Assembly (NCBI RefSeq): GCF_000734015.1
Contig: NZ_CP008796.1
Location: 930,001 to 962,000 of the forward strand
Source of the DNA: Thermodesulfobacterium commune DSM 2178
Lineage (GTDB): Bacteria; Desulfobacterota; Thermodesulfobacteria; Thermodesulfobacteriales; Thermodesulfobacteriaceae
Reading direction: 5' to 3'
DNA length: 32,000 nt
Of the stretch, positions 1-8,805 are shown in pieces. The notes under the pieces were generated by a model. It saw nothing but the letters and a program-made list of their open reading frames with translations, was not told where the DNA came from and ran no database searches. Made by a program: the position numbers and the translations under genes. Numbering within the stretch: position 1 is the stretch's first letter; every line of letters begins with the position of its first letter.

Positions 1-1153
1 ACCTTGCCTCTCCCATCAACACCAAAGCCTTAACCTTTTGTTTAATATAAGGAATTAGAGGACTATAAGAGGCTCCTTTATGTCTTCCTCCCATGATAAG
101 GATAAATCTACCCTCAAGCCCTTTTAAAGCCTGTAAAGTGGCATCTACGTTTGTGGCCTTAGAATCGTTGATAAAAATCACCCCTCCCAAAGAGGTTACA
201 TACTCTATCCTGTGGGGGAACCCCTTAAACTCCGTTATCAGTCTTTCAACACTTGAAGGAGAGGCCCCCATAAGACGTGCTCCTAAACTTGCAACTATAT
301 AGTTTAACTTATTATGTAAACCCAATAACTTAAAACCCTTAAAAGAATATACCTCTTCTTTATCCCCTATCCTTAATACAAATTGGTTTTCATCTTTCAA
401 ATAAACTTGAGCTGTCTTTTCTTCTTTTTCAGAAAAAAAGCAGACCTTCCCCTTCACCAAGTCCTGAAAATGAGAAAACCAAGGTTCGTTTAAAGGAAGG
501 ATGCTATAGTCTTGAGAGGTTTGATTTTCAAAAAGCCTATACTTGTAATAGGCATACTCTTTTTCTGATTCATATCTCTCTAAGTGGTCGGGGGTAATGT
601 TAAGCAAAATTCCTACCTTTGGTTTAAACGTCTCTATGGTTTCCAACTGAAAGCTGGATACCTCAAGTACGATTTTGTCTACCTCGGTTTCACGATAAAC
701 CAGTTCTGAAAGGGGGATACCATAATTTCCGCCGGTAAACACCTTATATCCTGAAAGCTTTAAAAGGTCAGAAACCATAGCGGTAGTAGTAGTTTTCCCG
801 TTGGTACCGGTAATAGCTATAACTTGCTCTTTATTTCTTAAAAACTGCCAGGCAAGTTCAAGCTCACCTAACACCGGGATATCTTTTTTCAAACATTCCT
901 GATAGACCTCTCTTGGAACCCCTGGACTTACGACTACTAAATCGGATTTCAAAAAATCTTCTATTTCATGACCTCCAAACTTAAACTCCACCCCTTGGGT
1001 TTCAAATTTAGAAATCAAAGAGGGGTCAAATTTTTCTCTGGGGTTGGTCTCAGAAACCAAAACCTTAGCCCCTTTTTTGAGTAAAAGTTTAGTAGCAGCC
1101 TGTCCACTTTTTCCAAAACCGATAACTACTACCTTTTTTCCTGAGATTTCCAT
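1..1153 (-). CDS. murD: UDP-N-acetylmuramoylalanine--D-glutamate ligase MurD (3' end runs off the window)
   Basis: My own minus-strand translation from the ATG at 1153-1151 gives MEISGKKVVVIGFGKSGQAATKLL (GxGxSG fold). The Mur-ligase P-loop AITGTNGKTTTT lies near 790-830. It is absent from the ORF track because the frame stays open to the window edge. It sits directly after mraY, as in the canonical dcw order. Confidence 0.85.
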   Translation of the reverse strand, partial: MEISGKKVVVIGFGKSGQAATKLLLKKGAKVLVSETNPREKFDPSLISKFETQGVEFKFGGHEIEDFLKSDLVVVSPGVPREVYQECLKKDIPVLGELELAWQFLRNKEQVIAITGTNGKTTTTAMVSDLLKLSGYKVFTGGNYGIPLSELVYRETEVDKIVLEVSSFQLETIETFKPKVGILLNITPDHLERYESEKEYAYYKYRLFENQTSQDYSILPLNEPWFSHFQDLVKGKVCFFSEKEEKTAQVYLKDENQFVLRIGDKEEVYSFKGFKLLGLHNKLNYIVASLGARLMGASPSSVERLITEFKGFPHRIEYVTSLGGVIFINDSKATNVDATLQALKGLEGRFILIMGGRHKGASYSPLIPYIKQKVKALVLMGEAR

Positions 1154-1163
1154 TATCTTTCAC

Positions 1164-2243
1164 CTACCTAATTTTTAAAGTACTTAAAGCTATAAGCCCA
1201 AAAATCAACGAGATAATCCAAAACCTTACCACTACTTTATTCTCTGGCCAACCTAAAAGTTCAAAATGATGATGTAACGGTGCCATCTTAAAAATCCTTT
1301 TTCCATGGGTAAGCTTAAAATAAGCCACTTGCAACATCACAGAAAGCGCCTCCATCACAAAAAGAGCTCCAGCTATCACCAACAAAAATTCCTGTTTTAC
1401 TAAAATAGCGATAGACCCCAACCCTGCCCCTAACCCTAAAGAACCTACGTCTCCCATAAAAATCTCTGCTGGATAGGAATTATACCACAAAAACCCCAAT
1501 CCCGCTCCTATAAAGATGGCACAAACGATAGCTAATTCACTGGCATAAGGTATGTAAGGTAATAAAAGATAGGTAGCAAACTTTATGTTACCTACAACAT
1601 AACTTAACACGCTGTAAACTCCAGCCACTACTATAAAAGGTACTATGGCTAAACCATCAAGTCCATCTGTAAGGTTCATTGCGTTAGAACTCCCAAGAAT
1701 CACCAACATGCTAAACAGAAGATAACCAATTCCTAAATCTATAATCAGGTTTTTGAAAAACGGAAAAACCAACTGCGATGAAAAACCAAGCCCTTTAAAC
1801 GCTATAAAATAAAACAGGCCTACCAACACAATCTGAAAAAGGATCTTTTCTCTGGCTCTAAGCCCTAAATTTTTCTTTCTTTTTATTTTTAAGTAATCGT
1901 CTAAAAACCCTATCAAACCAAACCCTATAGTAACCAAGAGCACTAACCATACAAAAGGATTAGAAAGCTTACACCAGAGAATACAACACACCAGTATAGC
2001 AAAAAGCACCACAGTCCCCCCCATCGTAGGGGTTCCTGTCTTTTTTTTATGATGAGAAGGACCTTCCTCCCTTACTATTTGCCCAAACTGTTTGAGTTTC
2101 ATAAACCGAATAAAGGGTGGCATCAAAAAATAAACTAAGAAAAACGAGGTTATCGCACCACAGATCATCCTAAACGTAATATACTTAAACACATTAAACA
2201 ACGAAAAATAATCGGTTAAAGAGTACAAAAATTGATAAAGCAT
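1164..2243 (-). CDS. mraY: phospho-N-acetylmuramoyl-pentapeptide transferase MraY
   Basis: 359-aa polytopic membrane protein with MraY motifs NAMNLTDGLDGLAI and MAPLHHHFELLGW. It has dcw context, and its start overlaps the murF stop (TAATG). Confidence 0.95.
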   Translation of the reverse strand: MLYQFLYSLTDYFSLFNVFKYITFRMICGAITSFFLVYFLMPPFIRFMKLKQFGQIVREEGPSHHKKKTGTPTMGGTVVLFAILVCCILWCKLSNPFVWLVLLVTIGFGLIGFLDDYLKIKRKKNLGLRAREKILFQIVLVGLFYFIAFKGLGFSSQLVFPFFKNLIIDLGIGYLLFSMLVILGSSNAMNLTDGLDGLAIVPFIVVAGVYSVLSYVVGNIKFATYLLLPYIPYASELAIVCAIFIGAGLGFLWYNSYPAEIFMGDVGSLGLGAGLGSIAILVKQEFLLVIAGALFVMEALSVMLQVAYFKLTHGKRIFKMAPLHHHFELLGWPENKVVVRFWIISLIFGLIALSTLKIR

Positions 2244-3646
2244 TACTCAAGTTCCTCCAAAAGTCTTTCTACCACCCTCTCAAGCCTCAACCCCCTTGAG
2301 CCCTTTACTAAAATAGCTGTGTTTCCAAAGAATAGGTCTTTAATCCTCAAAAATTTAAGAGCTTCTAAAAATTCCTCTGTGGTTGTAAAGACCTCACAGG
2401 GCTTTGGAGAAAAGGTAGCTGCATAAAATTTAGCATTTTCCCCTATAAAATAGGCTTGATCAGCTACCTGTTTAGCCAAATCTCCTACCTCTTCATGATA
2501 TCGCTTGCTCTCAGGCCCTAATTCTAACATGTCTCCTAAGATAACTATCTTTTGAGGATAATCTGAGAAGCTTCGTAACCACTCTAAAGAGGCTTTCATA
2601 GATCCAGGGTTGGCGTTATAAGTATCGTCTATTATCAAAAACCTTCCTTTTTTATAACACTTAGCCCTTTGATAAAGGGGCACTTCCTTTTCTATCTTTT
2701 CTGCGATAGAATCTAAATCTAAATTAAGGCTTAAACCCACAGCTATCGCTGCAAGTAGATTTAAAACATTATGTTTCCCTATTTGAGGTAAGATTAATGA
2801 CTTTTTATGGGTTTTAAAAGCTATCTCTACCTTAAGCTTGTCTTTATCTAACTCCAAGTTTTTAGCCCTTAAATCAGCTCCTTCCTCAAAACCAAAGGAA
2901 ATTTTTTCCTGTTTAAAAACTTTTACCTTTTCTCTTAGAGGTTCTTGGTCATAGAAATAAACCAACTTTCCGTTAAGGTCTGTATTTTTAAAAATAGATA
3001 ATTTTTCTTCTAAAATCCCTTCTAAAGACCCCAGGCCTTCTAAATGGGCAGGATACACGCAGGTAATCACTGAAACCTGAGGAAAAACTATCTCTGACAA
3101 GCGAGCGATCTCACCAGGAGCATTTGTCCCAAGCTCTAAAACACCTACCTCAGTGCCTTCTTTCATAGAAAGGATAGAAAGAGGAACTCCTATCAGGTTA
3201 TTATAATTGGCTAAGTTTTTGAATGTCTGGAAAAATCGAGATAAGATTTCAAAGGTAAGTTCTTTGGTGGTGGTTTTACCACAGGAACCGGTGATAGCTA
3301 CTACCACGCAGTTCAGTTTTTTTCTCCAAAATTTTGCAAAATCCCCTAAAGCACTTAGTGTATCCTTTACTAAAATAACAGATATGGTTTTAGGTAAGTC
3401 TTCTAACCTAAAACCTGAAGAAAATCGAGAAATAACCAATCCCTTTGCCCCTTTTTCTATAGCCTCTTTCCAAAAATCATGTCCGTCAAAGTTTTTCCCT
3501 TTTAAAGCCCAAAAGAGATACCCTGGCTTAATGATCCTGGTGTCAGTCGAAATCCCTCTAAAACTCGAGCCCATGTCTCCGTTTAACAACATCCCAGAGG
3601 TAGCTCTTATGATATCTTCGGTAAAAAACACATTTTCTACATTCAT
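2243..3646 (-). CDS. murF: UDP-N-acetylmuramoyl-tripeptide--D-alanyl-D-alanine ligase MurF
   Basis: 467 aa with Mur ligase P-loop ITGSCGKTTTKE and the DDTYNANP motif. It lies between murE and mraY. Confidence 0.9.
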   Translation of the reverse strand: MNVENVFFTEDIIRATSGMLLNGDMGSSFRGISTDTRIIKPGYLFWALKGKNFDGHDFWKEAIEKGAKGLVISRFSSGFRLEDLPKTISVILVKDTLSALGDFAKFWRKKLNCVVVAITGSCGKTTTKELTFEILSRFFQTFKNLANYNNLIGVPLSILSMKEGTEVGVLELGTNAPGEIARLSEIVFPQVSVITCVYPAHLEGLGSLEGILEEKLSIFKNTDLNGKLVYFYDQEPLREKVKVFKQEKISFGFEEGADLRAKNLELDKDKLKVEIAFKTHKKSLILPQIGKHNVLNLLAAIAVGLSLNLDLDSIAEKIEKEVPLYQRAKCYKKGRFLIIDDTYNANPGSMKASLEWLRSFSDYPQKIVILGDMLELGPESKRYHEEVGDLAKQVADQAYFIGENAKFYAATFSPKPCEVFTTTEEFLEALKFLRIKDLFFGNTAILVKGSRGLRLERVVERLLEELE

Positions 3647-3648
3647 TT

Positions 3649-5145
3649 CTATGACCTCTCTTTTATCCTCTTTATAGTTTTCAAAATCTCTTCCTGGTCA
3701 GAAAAAGGATACCTTTTTCCCTGAATCTCCTGATAGGTTTCGTGACCCTTTCCTGCGATTAACAATACATCTCCTTCTTCCAAAAGTTTTATCGCAAACT
3801 CGATGGCTTCTCTTCTGTCTGAAATCACTGCACAGGGTTTTATGCCTTTTAGCCCCTTCTTTATATCGTCGATGATAGCCTCAGGCTCTTCAAAACGAGG
3901 GTTGTCTGAAGTAAGGATTACATAATCTGCAATAGTTTCTGCTACCTCACCCATAAGAGGTCTTTTACCAGCATCTCGGTTACCTCCACAACCAAAAACC
4001 ACAACAAGCCTGTTTTTCTTTAGAGGTAATAAACTTTTCAAGGCATACTCTAGAGCTGAAGGAGTATGAGCATAGTCTACAAACACCTTAGCCCCGTTAA
4101 ACTCAGCTACCAGTTCTAACCTTCCTACTGGATTTCTAAGCTCCCTAAGCCTTAAAACTATCTCTTCCTTGGGATAGCCTAAAGCCGTCAAAATTCCTAC
4201 TGTCGTAGCTAGATTTTTTGCCTGGTATTCTCCAAAAAGTGAGGTTTTAACCCTATATACCTCACCAGTCTCTAAAAATTTTAACTCTACCTCAAGCCCA
4301 TCTTCCATCCCTAAAATTTCTACCCTTAAATAACCATCGTTTACAATGAGGATCCGGTCTTCAAGTAAAAAGGTTTTTAACTCCTGATAAAGTCTTTTCC
4401 CATACTCTGTCTCAAATGATAAAACTACCTTGCCTTCTGGAGTTAAATAATCGGTAAAAAGTAACTTTTTAGCCTGAAAATAGGCTTCCATGGTTTTATG
4501 GTAATCCAAGTGATCTCTTGAAAGGTTGGTAAAACCTGCTATTTCAAAGGAAAGTCCTTCTACTCTTTTTTGGTCTAAAGCATGAGAAGAAACCTCCATC
4601 ACACAGGCTTTAAATCCCTTATCTACCATTTCTTTCATCAACCAACCAAGTTTTATGATAGAAGGTGTAGTCTCAGTAGCAGGAATTCTTCTTTCTATCT
4701 CGTAAAAAATAGTTCCTATATACCCGGTTTTTACCCCAAGGCTTTGCAACAAAGTTTTTGTAAAGTAGCATACCGAAGTTTTTCCGTTGGTTCCGGTAAC
4801 CCCTATAAGGGTTAGTTTCTTTTCAGGGTGGTCAAAAAAATTCAAAGCCATCTGAGAAAGGGCTTTTTTAACATCCCTTACCTGGATTTGATAAACCCCT
4901 GAGGGAATTTTTTGGGGCTCTATAGGTGTCTCCCTAACGATAACCTTAGCACCTCTGTTAATAGCCTCAGGTATAAAGTCTTCGCCCTTAAGATTAGTCC
5001 CTTTCCTTGCTATAAACACGTAGCCCTCAGACATCTCTTTAGAGTTGTCAGCGATTCCATAAACCTGGATGGTTAACCACTTCTCATCCTCAGGGTAAAC
5101 CTTTAGTATTTCCACATCCTTAATAATGTCCTTCAGAAATTTCAT
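3649..5145 (-). CDS. murE: UDP-N-acetylmuramoyl-L-alanyl-D-glutamate--2,6-diaminopimelate ligase MurE
   Basis: 498 aa with P-loop GVTGTNGKTS. The DNPR motif (TSDNPRFEEP) is associated with meso-DAP specificity. dcw context. Confidence 0.92.
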   Translation of the reverse strand: MKFLKDIIKDVEILKVYPEDEKWLTIQVYGIADNSKEMSEGYVFIARKGTNLKGEDFIPEAINRGAKVIVRETPIEPQKIPSGVYQIQVRDVKKALSQMALNFFDHPEKKLTLIGVTGTNGKTSVCYFTKTLLQSLGVKTGYIGTIFYEIERRIPATETTPSIIKLGWLMKEMVDKGFKACVMEVSSHALDQKRVEGLSFEIAGFTNLSRDHLDYHKTMEAYFQAKKLLFTDYLTPEGKVVLSFETEYGKRLYQELKTFLLEDRILIVNDGYLRVEILGMEDGLEVELKFLETGEVYRVKTSLFGEYQAKNLATTVGILTALGYPKEEIVLRLRELRNPVGRLELVAEFNGAKVFVDYAHTPSALEYALKSLLPLKKNRLVVVFGCGGNRDAGKRPLMGEVAETIADYVILTSDNPRFEEPEAIIDDIKKGLKGIKPCAVISDRREAIEFAIKLLEEGDVLLIAGKGHETYQEIQGKRYPFSDQEEILKTIKRIKERS

Positions 5146-6104
5146 AACAACCCTGCAAATAAGTCGTCAAACCGTTCTGAACAAAGATTAATCTTTATGT
5201 CCTCGGAAGAATTGTTTTTCTCTTTTAAAACTACAATTAACATTTTATTATCCTTAAAATAAACCCTTACCACTGATTTGTCCAATAAAAACATCATCTT
5301 GTCTTTGGAGAAATTTTCCAACTCTGGATTGCAAACCTTTTCGTTTTTTTTCACAAAATCGATAGAAATATTCTGACCACAAAGACTAGCCAAAAAGTAT
5401 TCTCCTAAACCCCAGAGAGTTGTCTTTTGATTTTTATGAAATATCCCAAAAACTGATGAAGGGTAAGCTTCTTCAAACAACGGAGTTTCTTTTTCATCCA
5501 CGTAAGCTAAAACCTCTCCTGTAGAAAGGTCTATTTCTGCTAAACCTAGTTGATAATTTTTTTCTAGCTGTTTTTTAAGATTCAGAAACTTTTTTTCCTT
5601 TTTAAGGTCCAAAGATAACACCAGCGGCTCTCCTTTCTGGAGATAAGCATCAAACCTCTTTTCTAAACCTGAAACCCCATAACCATTAAACGTTTCTCCT
5701 ATCAGAAAATCCATCTCTGGAACCAGTATCTTTCTTCTAAAAGATTTTTCTATAAGAACTCTTGACTCCTTTGAGAGCCTCTCTACTTCATCTAACGTCA
5801 AATCCTCAGAAAGAAGGATGATCCCCTTTTTCGGAAGGTTTAAAGTAGAAGGCAGGTAGGTCTTTACCACATCAGGTATAGACTCAGCCATCCAGTTGTT
5901 GTTTTTAATAACATAATAGGCCTTATAGTTTTCTAAAGTAATGACTAAGGGTTCGTAGTTTCTATCAAAAATATATCCTCGTTTTACCTCTGGAAGAGAA
6001 GATTTGCCGGTAACCTTTTCGACAGAAAAATTGAGCACCAACACCAGAAAAAACAGAAATATGCCCAAAAAACACCATAAACTGTAATGCTGTTTTTTAC
6101 TCAT
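5142..6104 (-). CDS. class-B PBP N-terminal (pedestal/dimerisation) domain protein in the ftsI position; no transpeptidase motifs
   Basis: N-terminal TM helix, then KRGYIFDRNYEPLV, GVSGLEKRFDAYLQKGE and DLSTGEVLAYVD, which are typical of the PBP dimerisation domain. The expected SxxK site reads SVFG. No SxN or KTG boxes are present. The stop overlaps the murE start (ATGA). Confidence 0.6.
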   Translation of the reverse strand: MSKKQHYSLWCFLGIFLFFLVLVLNFSVEKVTGKSSLPEVKRGYIFDRNYEPLVITLENYKAYYVIKNNNWMAESIPDVVKTYLPSTLNLPKKGIILLSEDLTLDEVERLSKESRVLIEKSFRRKILVPEMDFLIGETFNGYGVSGLEKRFDAYLQKGEPLVLSLDLKKEKKFLNLKKQLEKNYQLGLAEIDLSTGEVLAYVDEKETPLFEEAYPSSVFGIFHKNQKTTLWGLGEYFLASLCGQNISIDFVKKNEKVCNPELENFSKDKMMFLLDKSVVRVYFKDNKMLIVVLKEKNNSSEDIKINLCSERFDDLFAGLL

Positions 6105-6457
6105 CTTAGAAAAATATAATCCCCATTTTGAGGTGGTCTTAACCCAAGTTTTTTAGCCTTTTCTAACACTATTTCTCGACTGGTTAAGCTATAAAACTGA
6201 TTTTTTAATTCTTTATTTTTGTTAAGAAGTTGGTGTTTTTCTACCTTTAGCTTAATCCAAACATAGGTTTTATAGGCTGTAGCTACCGACATTACAAAGA
6301 GCAGTACCGTGGTTAGGATAAGAGCGGTATTAAAAGCCAGCTGTTTTATCCATTCTTTAAAACAAAACTTGGCCACGTTTTTCTTTTGAGAACTTGAATC
6401 CTGGTTAACCCTACGGTCTAAATGAGGCTTATAAACCAAGGTTTTATTGGCTATCAT
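6101..6457 (-). CDS. ftsL: cell division protein FtsL-like (single TM plus short coiled coil)
   Basis: 118 aa with a basic N-terminus, one TM helix (ALILTTVLLFVMSVATAY) and a heptad-like segment. It sits between rsmH and the ftsI-slot gene and overlaps both neighbours by 4 nt. The call rests on position and architecture, not on sequence motifs. Confidence 0.6.
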   Translation of the reverse strand: MIANKTLVYKPHLDRRVNQDSSSQKKNVAKFCFKEWIKQLAFNTALILTTVLLFVMSVATAYKTYVWIKLKVEKHQLLNKNKELKNQFYSLTSREIVLEKAKKLGLRPPQNGDYIFLR

Positions 6458-7296
6458 ATTTTCTCCCCCACCCTTAGTTTGGCACTACGGGCCCTTGGAT
6501 TTCTTCTTATCTCTTCTAAAGTAGGAACAACCGGCTTTTTTAACACAGGCCTTATCCTCGGGTCAACCTTAAAAAAATTTTTTACCAGCCTATCCTCTAA
6601 AGAATGAAAAGAAATTATCGCTATCCTTCCTCCTGTTTTTAAAACCTCTGGTACCTCCTTTAGCACTTTTTCTAAATTCTTAAGTTCTTCGTTAACTTCT
6701 ATTCGTAAACTTTGAAATATCACAGCAAGAAGGCTCTTTCTGCTACTTTTATAAAACTCCTTAACAGCCTCTACCAAATCTTTAGTGGTTTTAAAGGGTT
6801 TTCTTTTTCTTCTTTCGCAGATAAACTGAGCAAATTTAACGGCACTTGGGACCTCTCCTGTTAAAAAAACCTGAGAAAGCCTTTTTACATCATAAATATT
6901 TAAGATTTTTTCTGCGGTAAGCTCTTTTTCCAAACTCATCCTCATGTCTAAAGGCTCATCTTTTTGGAAAGAAAAACCCCGTCCGCTATGTTCTAACAGA
7001 AAAGAAGAAATACCAAGGTCTAATAAAATCCCATCTGCCAACACACCTTCTTTCTGTAAAACTTCTTTTATATAAATAAAATTTAAGTTAAAAAGTCTTG
7101 CTCTATCTCCATATTTACTTAACCTTTGCTTAGCGAGCTCAAAAGAAGGTTCATTCCATTCAAAACCGTATAAAACACCTGTAGGAGAAGACCTTTCAAG
7201 AATAGCCTCACTATGCCCTCCCATCCCCACAGTGCCGTCTACATAGATCTTATCTGGAAACACCTTAAGCCAATCTATAATCTCCTCTAAAAGCAC
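6454..7296 (-). CDS. rsmH: 16S rRNA (cytosine1402-N4)-methyltransferase RsmH/MraW
   Basis: YVDGTVGMGGHSEAIL SAM-binding motif, DLGISS motif and dcw position. The true start may be an AUU codon at 7314-7312, because the conserved FHEPVLLEE motif begins upstream of the GTG used by the ORF track. Confidence 0.9.
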   Translation of the reverse strand: MLLEEIIDWLKVFPDKIYVDGTVGMGGHSEAILERSSPTGVLYGFEWNEPSFELAKQRLSKYGDRARLFNLNFIYIKEVLQKEGVLADGILLDLGISSFLLEHSGRGFSFQKDEPLDMRMSLEKELTAEKILNIYDVKRLSQVFLTGEVPSAVKFAQFICERRKRKPFKTTKDLVEAVKEFYKSSRKSLLAVIFQSLRIEVNEELKNLEKVLKEVPEVLKTGGRIAIISFHSLEDRLVKNFFKVDPRIRPVLKKPVVPTLEEIRRNPRARSAKLRVGEKI

Positions 7297-7318
7297 AGGC
7301 TCATGGAAAGAAATACTC

Positions 7319-7768
7319 CTACCTCCCGGTGAGATAGGGGTTTATCATCTGCATAATCTGGTTAAAATTATTTTTCGTTTCTCTAAACCTGCTTTCTAAA
7401 TGAACTGGATTCCATATCTCGAAGTGATAAAGCATTCCTAACAGCACCACCTCTTTTTCTAACCCAATTTCTTCTCTCAAAGACTGGGGCAACAAAATCC
7501 TTCCCTGTTTGTCAGGCTGGCATTCCTCAGCAGAACCTAAAAAATACCTTACATATTCCCTTACCTCTGGAACATCCCAAGGAAGCCCCAACAACTTTTC
7601 TTCTATCTTTTGCCATTCCTCTACAGGATAGGCTACCAAACACTCAGGATAGTTAGTAACCACTAAATTTTCACTCCCATATTTAACCCTTAGAACCTCT
7701 CTAAATTTAGCAGGAAGACTAAACCGACCTTTTTCATCTAAAGAGTGCTTAAACTTACCTCTAAACAT
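7319..7768 (-). CDS. mraZ: transcriptional regulator MraZ
   Basis: Canonical N-terminus MFRGKFKHSLDEKGRFSLPAKFRE and a second half-domain DKQGRILLPQSLRE. I place the start at the ATG at 7768-7766. The 10 extra codons in the ORF track overlap the operator repeats. Confidence 0.9.
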   Translation of the reverse strand: MFRGKFKHSLDEKGRFSLPAKFREVLRVKYGSENLVVTNYPECLVAYPVEEWQKIEEKLLGLPWDVPEVREYVRYFLGSAEECQPDKQGRILLPQSLREEIGLEKEVVLLGMLYHFEIWNPVHLESRFRETKNNFNQIMQMINPYLTGR

Positions 7769-7774
7769 TATCTT

Positions 7775-7828
7775 CCACTTTTTACCACTATATACCACTT
7801 ACAATATAAAAAACTAGATAAAAGTCAA
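7775..7828 (-). promoter_or_regulatory. putative mra promoter (-35 TTGACT, 16 nt, -10 TATTGT) followed by three phased AGTGG direct repeats (candidate MraZ operator)
   Basis: Minus strand reads TTGACT(7828-7823)...TATTGT(7806-7801), then AGTGGtatatAGTGGtaaaaAGTGGaagataATG. The plus-strand ccact copies lie at 7775, 7785 and 7795, with exact 10-bp spacing. Confidence 0.5.
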
Positions 7829-7944
7829 GACCGATTTTTTAAATTTAATTGATTGTAAAATTAAAATTATTCTTTATATGGTTTTATCTTAAAAATTAAC
7901 GGAACTAAGCCTTGTTCTTTATATCTTGTGATTTAAAAAAGTAA

Positions 7945-8805
7945 CTAAGTGATTTTCTCAAGAATTTTATATATAAGTTGCTCTATCTTCTTGGCTAAAC
8001 TACTTTGGGAAAATTTAAGATAAGGGATCCCAGCTTTTACTGACTCTAAAATTTCTTCAGAAAAGGGGATCACACCTATTACCTCAGTCCCTTCTTTCTC
8101 GAGTTGGGTGGCCATATGTTGGCTCATCTCAGGATTTAAGTCATACTTATTGATAATCACCTTTAGGTCCACCTTAAAATGTCGAGCAAGATCTATCACC
8201 CTTTTTACATCGTGAAGACCAGAAACAGTCGGTTCAGTAATGGCTATAGCAAGGTCAACACCAGTCATAGAGGCCATTACCGGACAACCTATTCCAGGGG
8301 GCCCATCAAGAATGATAAAATCTGCCTTGGTTGTCTCAGCTATTCCTTTAGCTACTTCTCTCAGTTTAGCTACCAATTTTCCTGAGTTTTCCTGGGCGAT
8401 ACCCAGTCTTGCGTGAACCATTTTCCCATACTCAGTTTGAGAAATAAAGTAGTATCCTGATAACACATCGTTAAAAACGATAGCTGAGGCAGGACATATA
8501 TAGCTACAAACAGTACACCCCTCACAAGAAAACCTATCAACCTGAAAATCATCGTTTATAGCCTCAAATTGACACACCTCCTTACAAGCCCCACATAAGG
8601 TGCATTTTTCTTTGTCTATAAAGGCTTTCTTTCCTCCAAAAAACTCAAAAGATTGCTCTATAGAAGGATGTAAAAGCAGATGTAAATTAGCTGCATCAAC
8701 ATCACAATCTACGATAACCTTGTTTAAGATAGCTACTGCCAAACAACCTGTAAAAAAGGTTTTACCTGTTCCACCTTTTCCACTTATCACCAAAATCTGT
8801 TTCAT
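7945..8805 (-). CDS. MinD/ParA-type P-loop ATPase with inserted 2x[4Fe-4S] ferredoxin domain (COG1149-like)
   Basis: Deviant Walker A ISGKGGTGKTF and two CxxCxxCxxxC(P) motifs (CTLCGACKEVC, CEGCTVCSYICP). It is a paralog of the upstream gene, with a 4-nt overlap. Confidence 0.8.
   Translation of the reverse strand: MKQILVISGKGGTGKTFFTGCLAVAILNKVIVDCDVDAANLHLLLHPSIEQSFEFFGGKKAFIDKEKCTLCGACKEVCQFEAINDDFQVDRFSCEGCTVCSYICPASAIVFNDVLSGYYFISQTEYGKMVHARLGIAQENSGKLVAKLREVAKGIAETTKADFIILDGPPGIGCPVMASMTGVDLAIAITEPTVSGLHDVKRVIDLARHFKVDLKVIINKYDLNPEMSQHMATQLEKEGTEVIGVIPFSEEILESVKAGIPYLKFSQSSLAKKIEQLIYKILEKIT

Noticed and set aside
3207-3677. Long plus-strand ORFs antisense to confident genes: 3207-3677 (156 aa), 22942-23334 (130 aa), 31599-31967 (122 aa), 93-302, 4582-4815, 26919-27176 and others.
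   Set aside because: They lie entirely inside well-supported minus-strand genes. They have low-complexity Ser/Lys/Phe-rich translations, no RBS and no recognisable motifs. They are shadow ORFs typical of AT-rich coding DNA.
7821-7833. The shared motif aaaagtcaagacc at 7821-7833 and 12017-12029 as a dispersed repeat.
   Set aside because: On the coding (minus) strand it is GGTCTTGACTTTT, that is, a consensus -35 TTGACT in similar context upstream of two operons. It is explained as promoter sequence rather than a repeat element.
8370-8552. 60-aa alternative-frame minus-strand ORF inside the MinD-ferredoxin gene. Also the small ORFs at 15392-15583 and 16283-16471.
   Set aside because: They have no RBS and no motifs. 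They are embedded in, or explained by, the frame-hopping of adjacent genes and pseudogenes.
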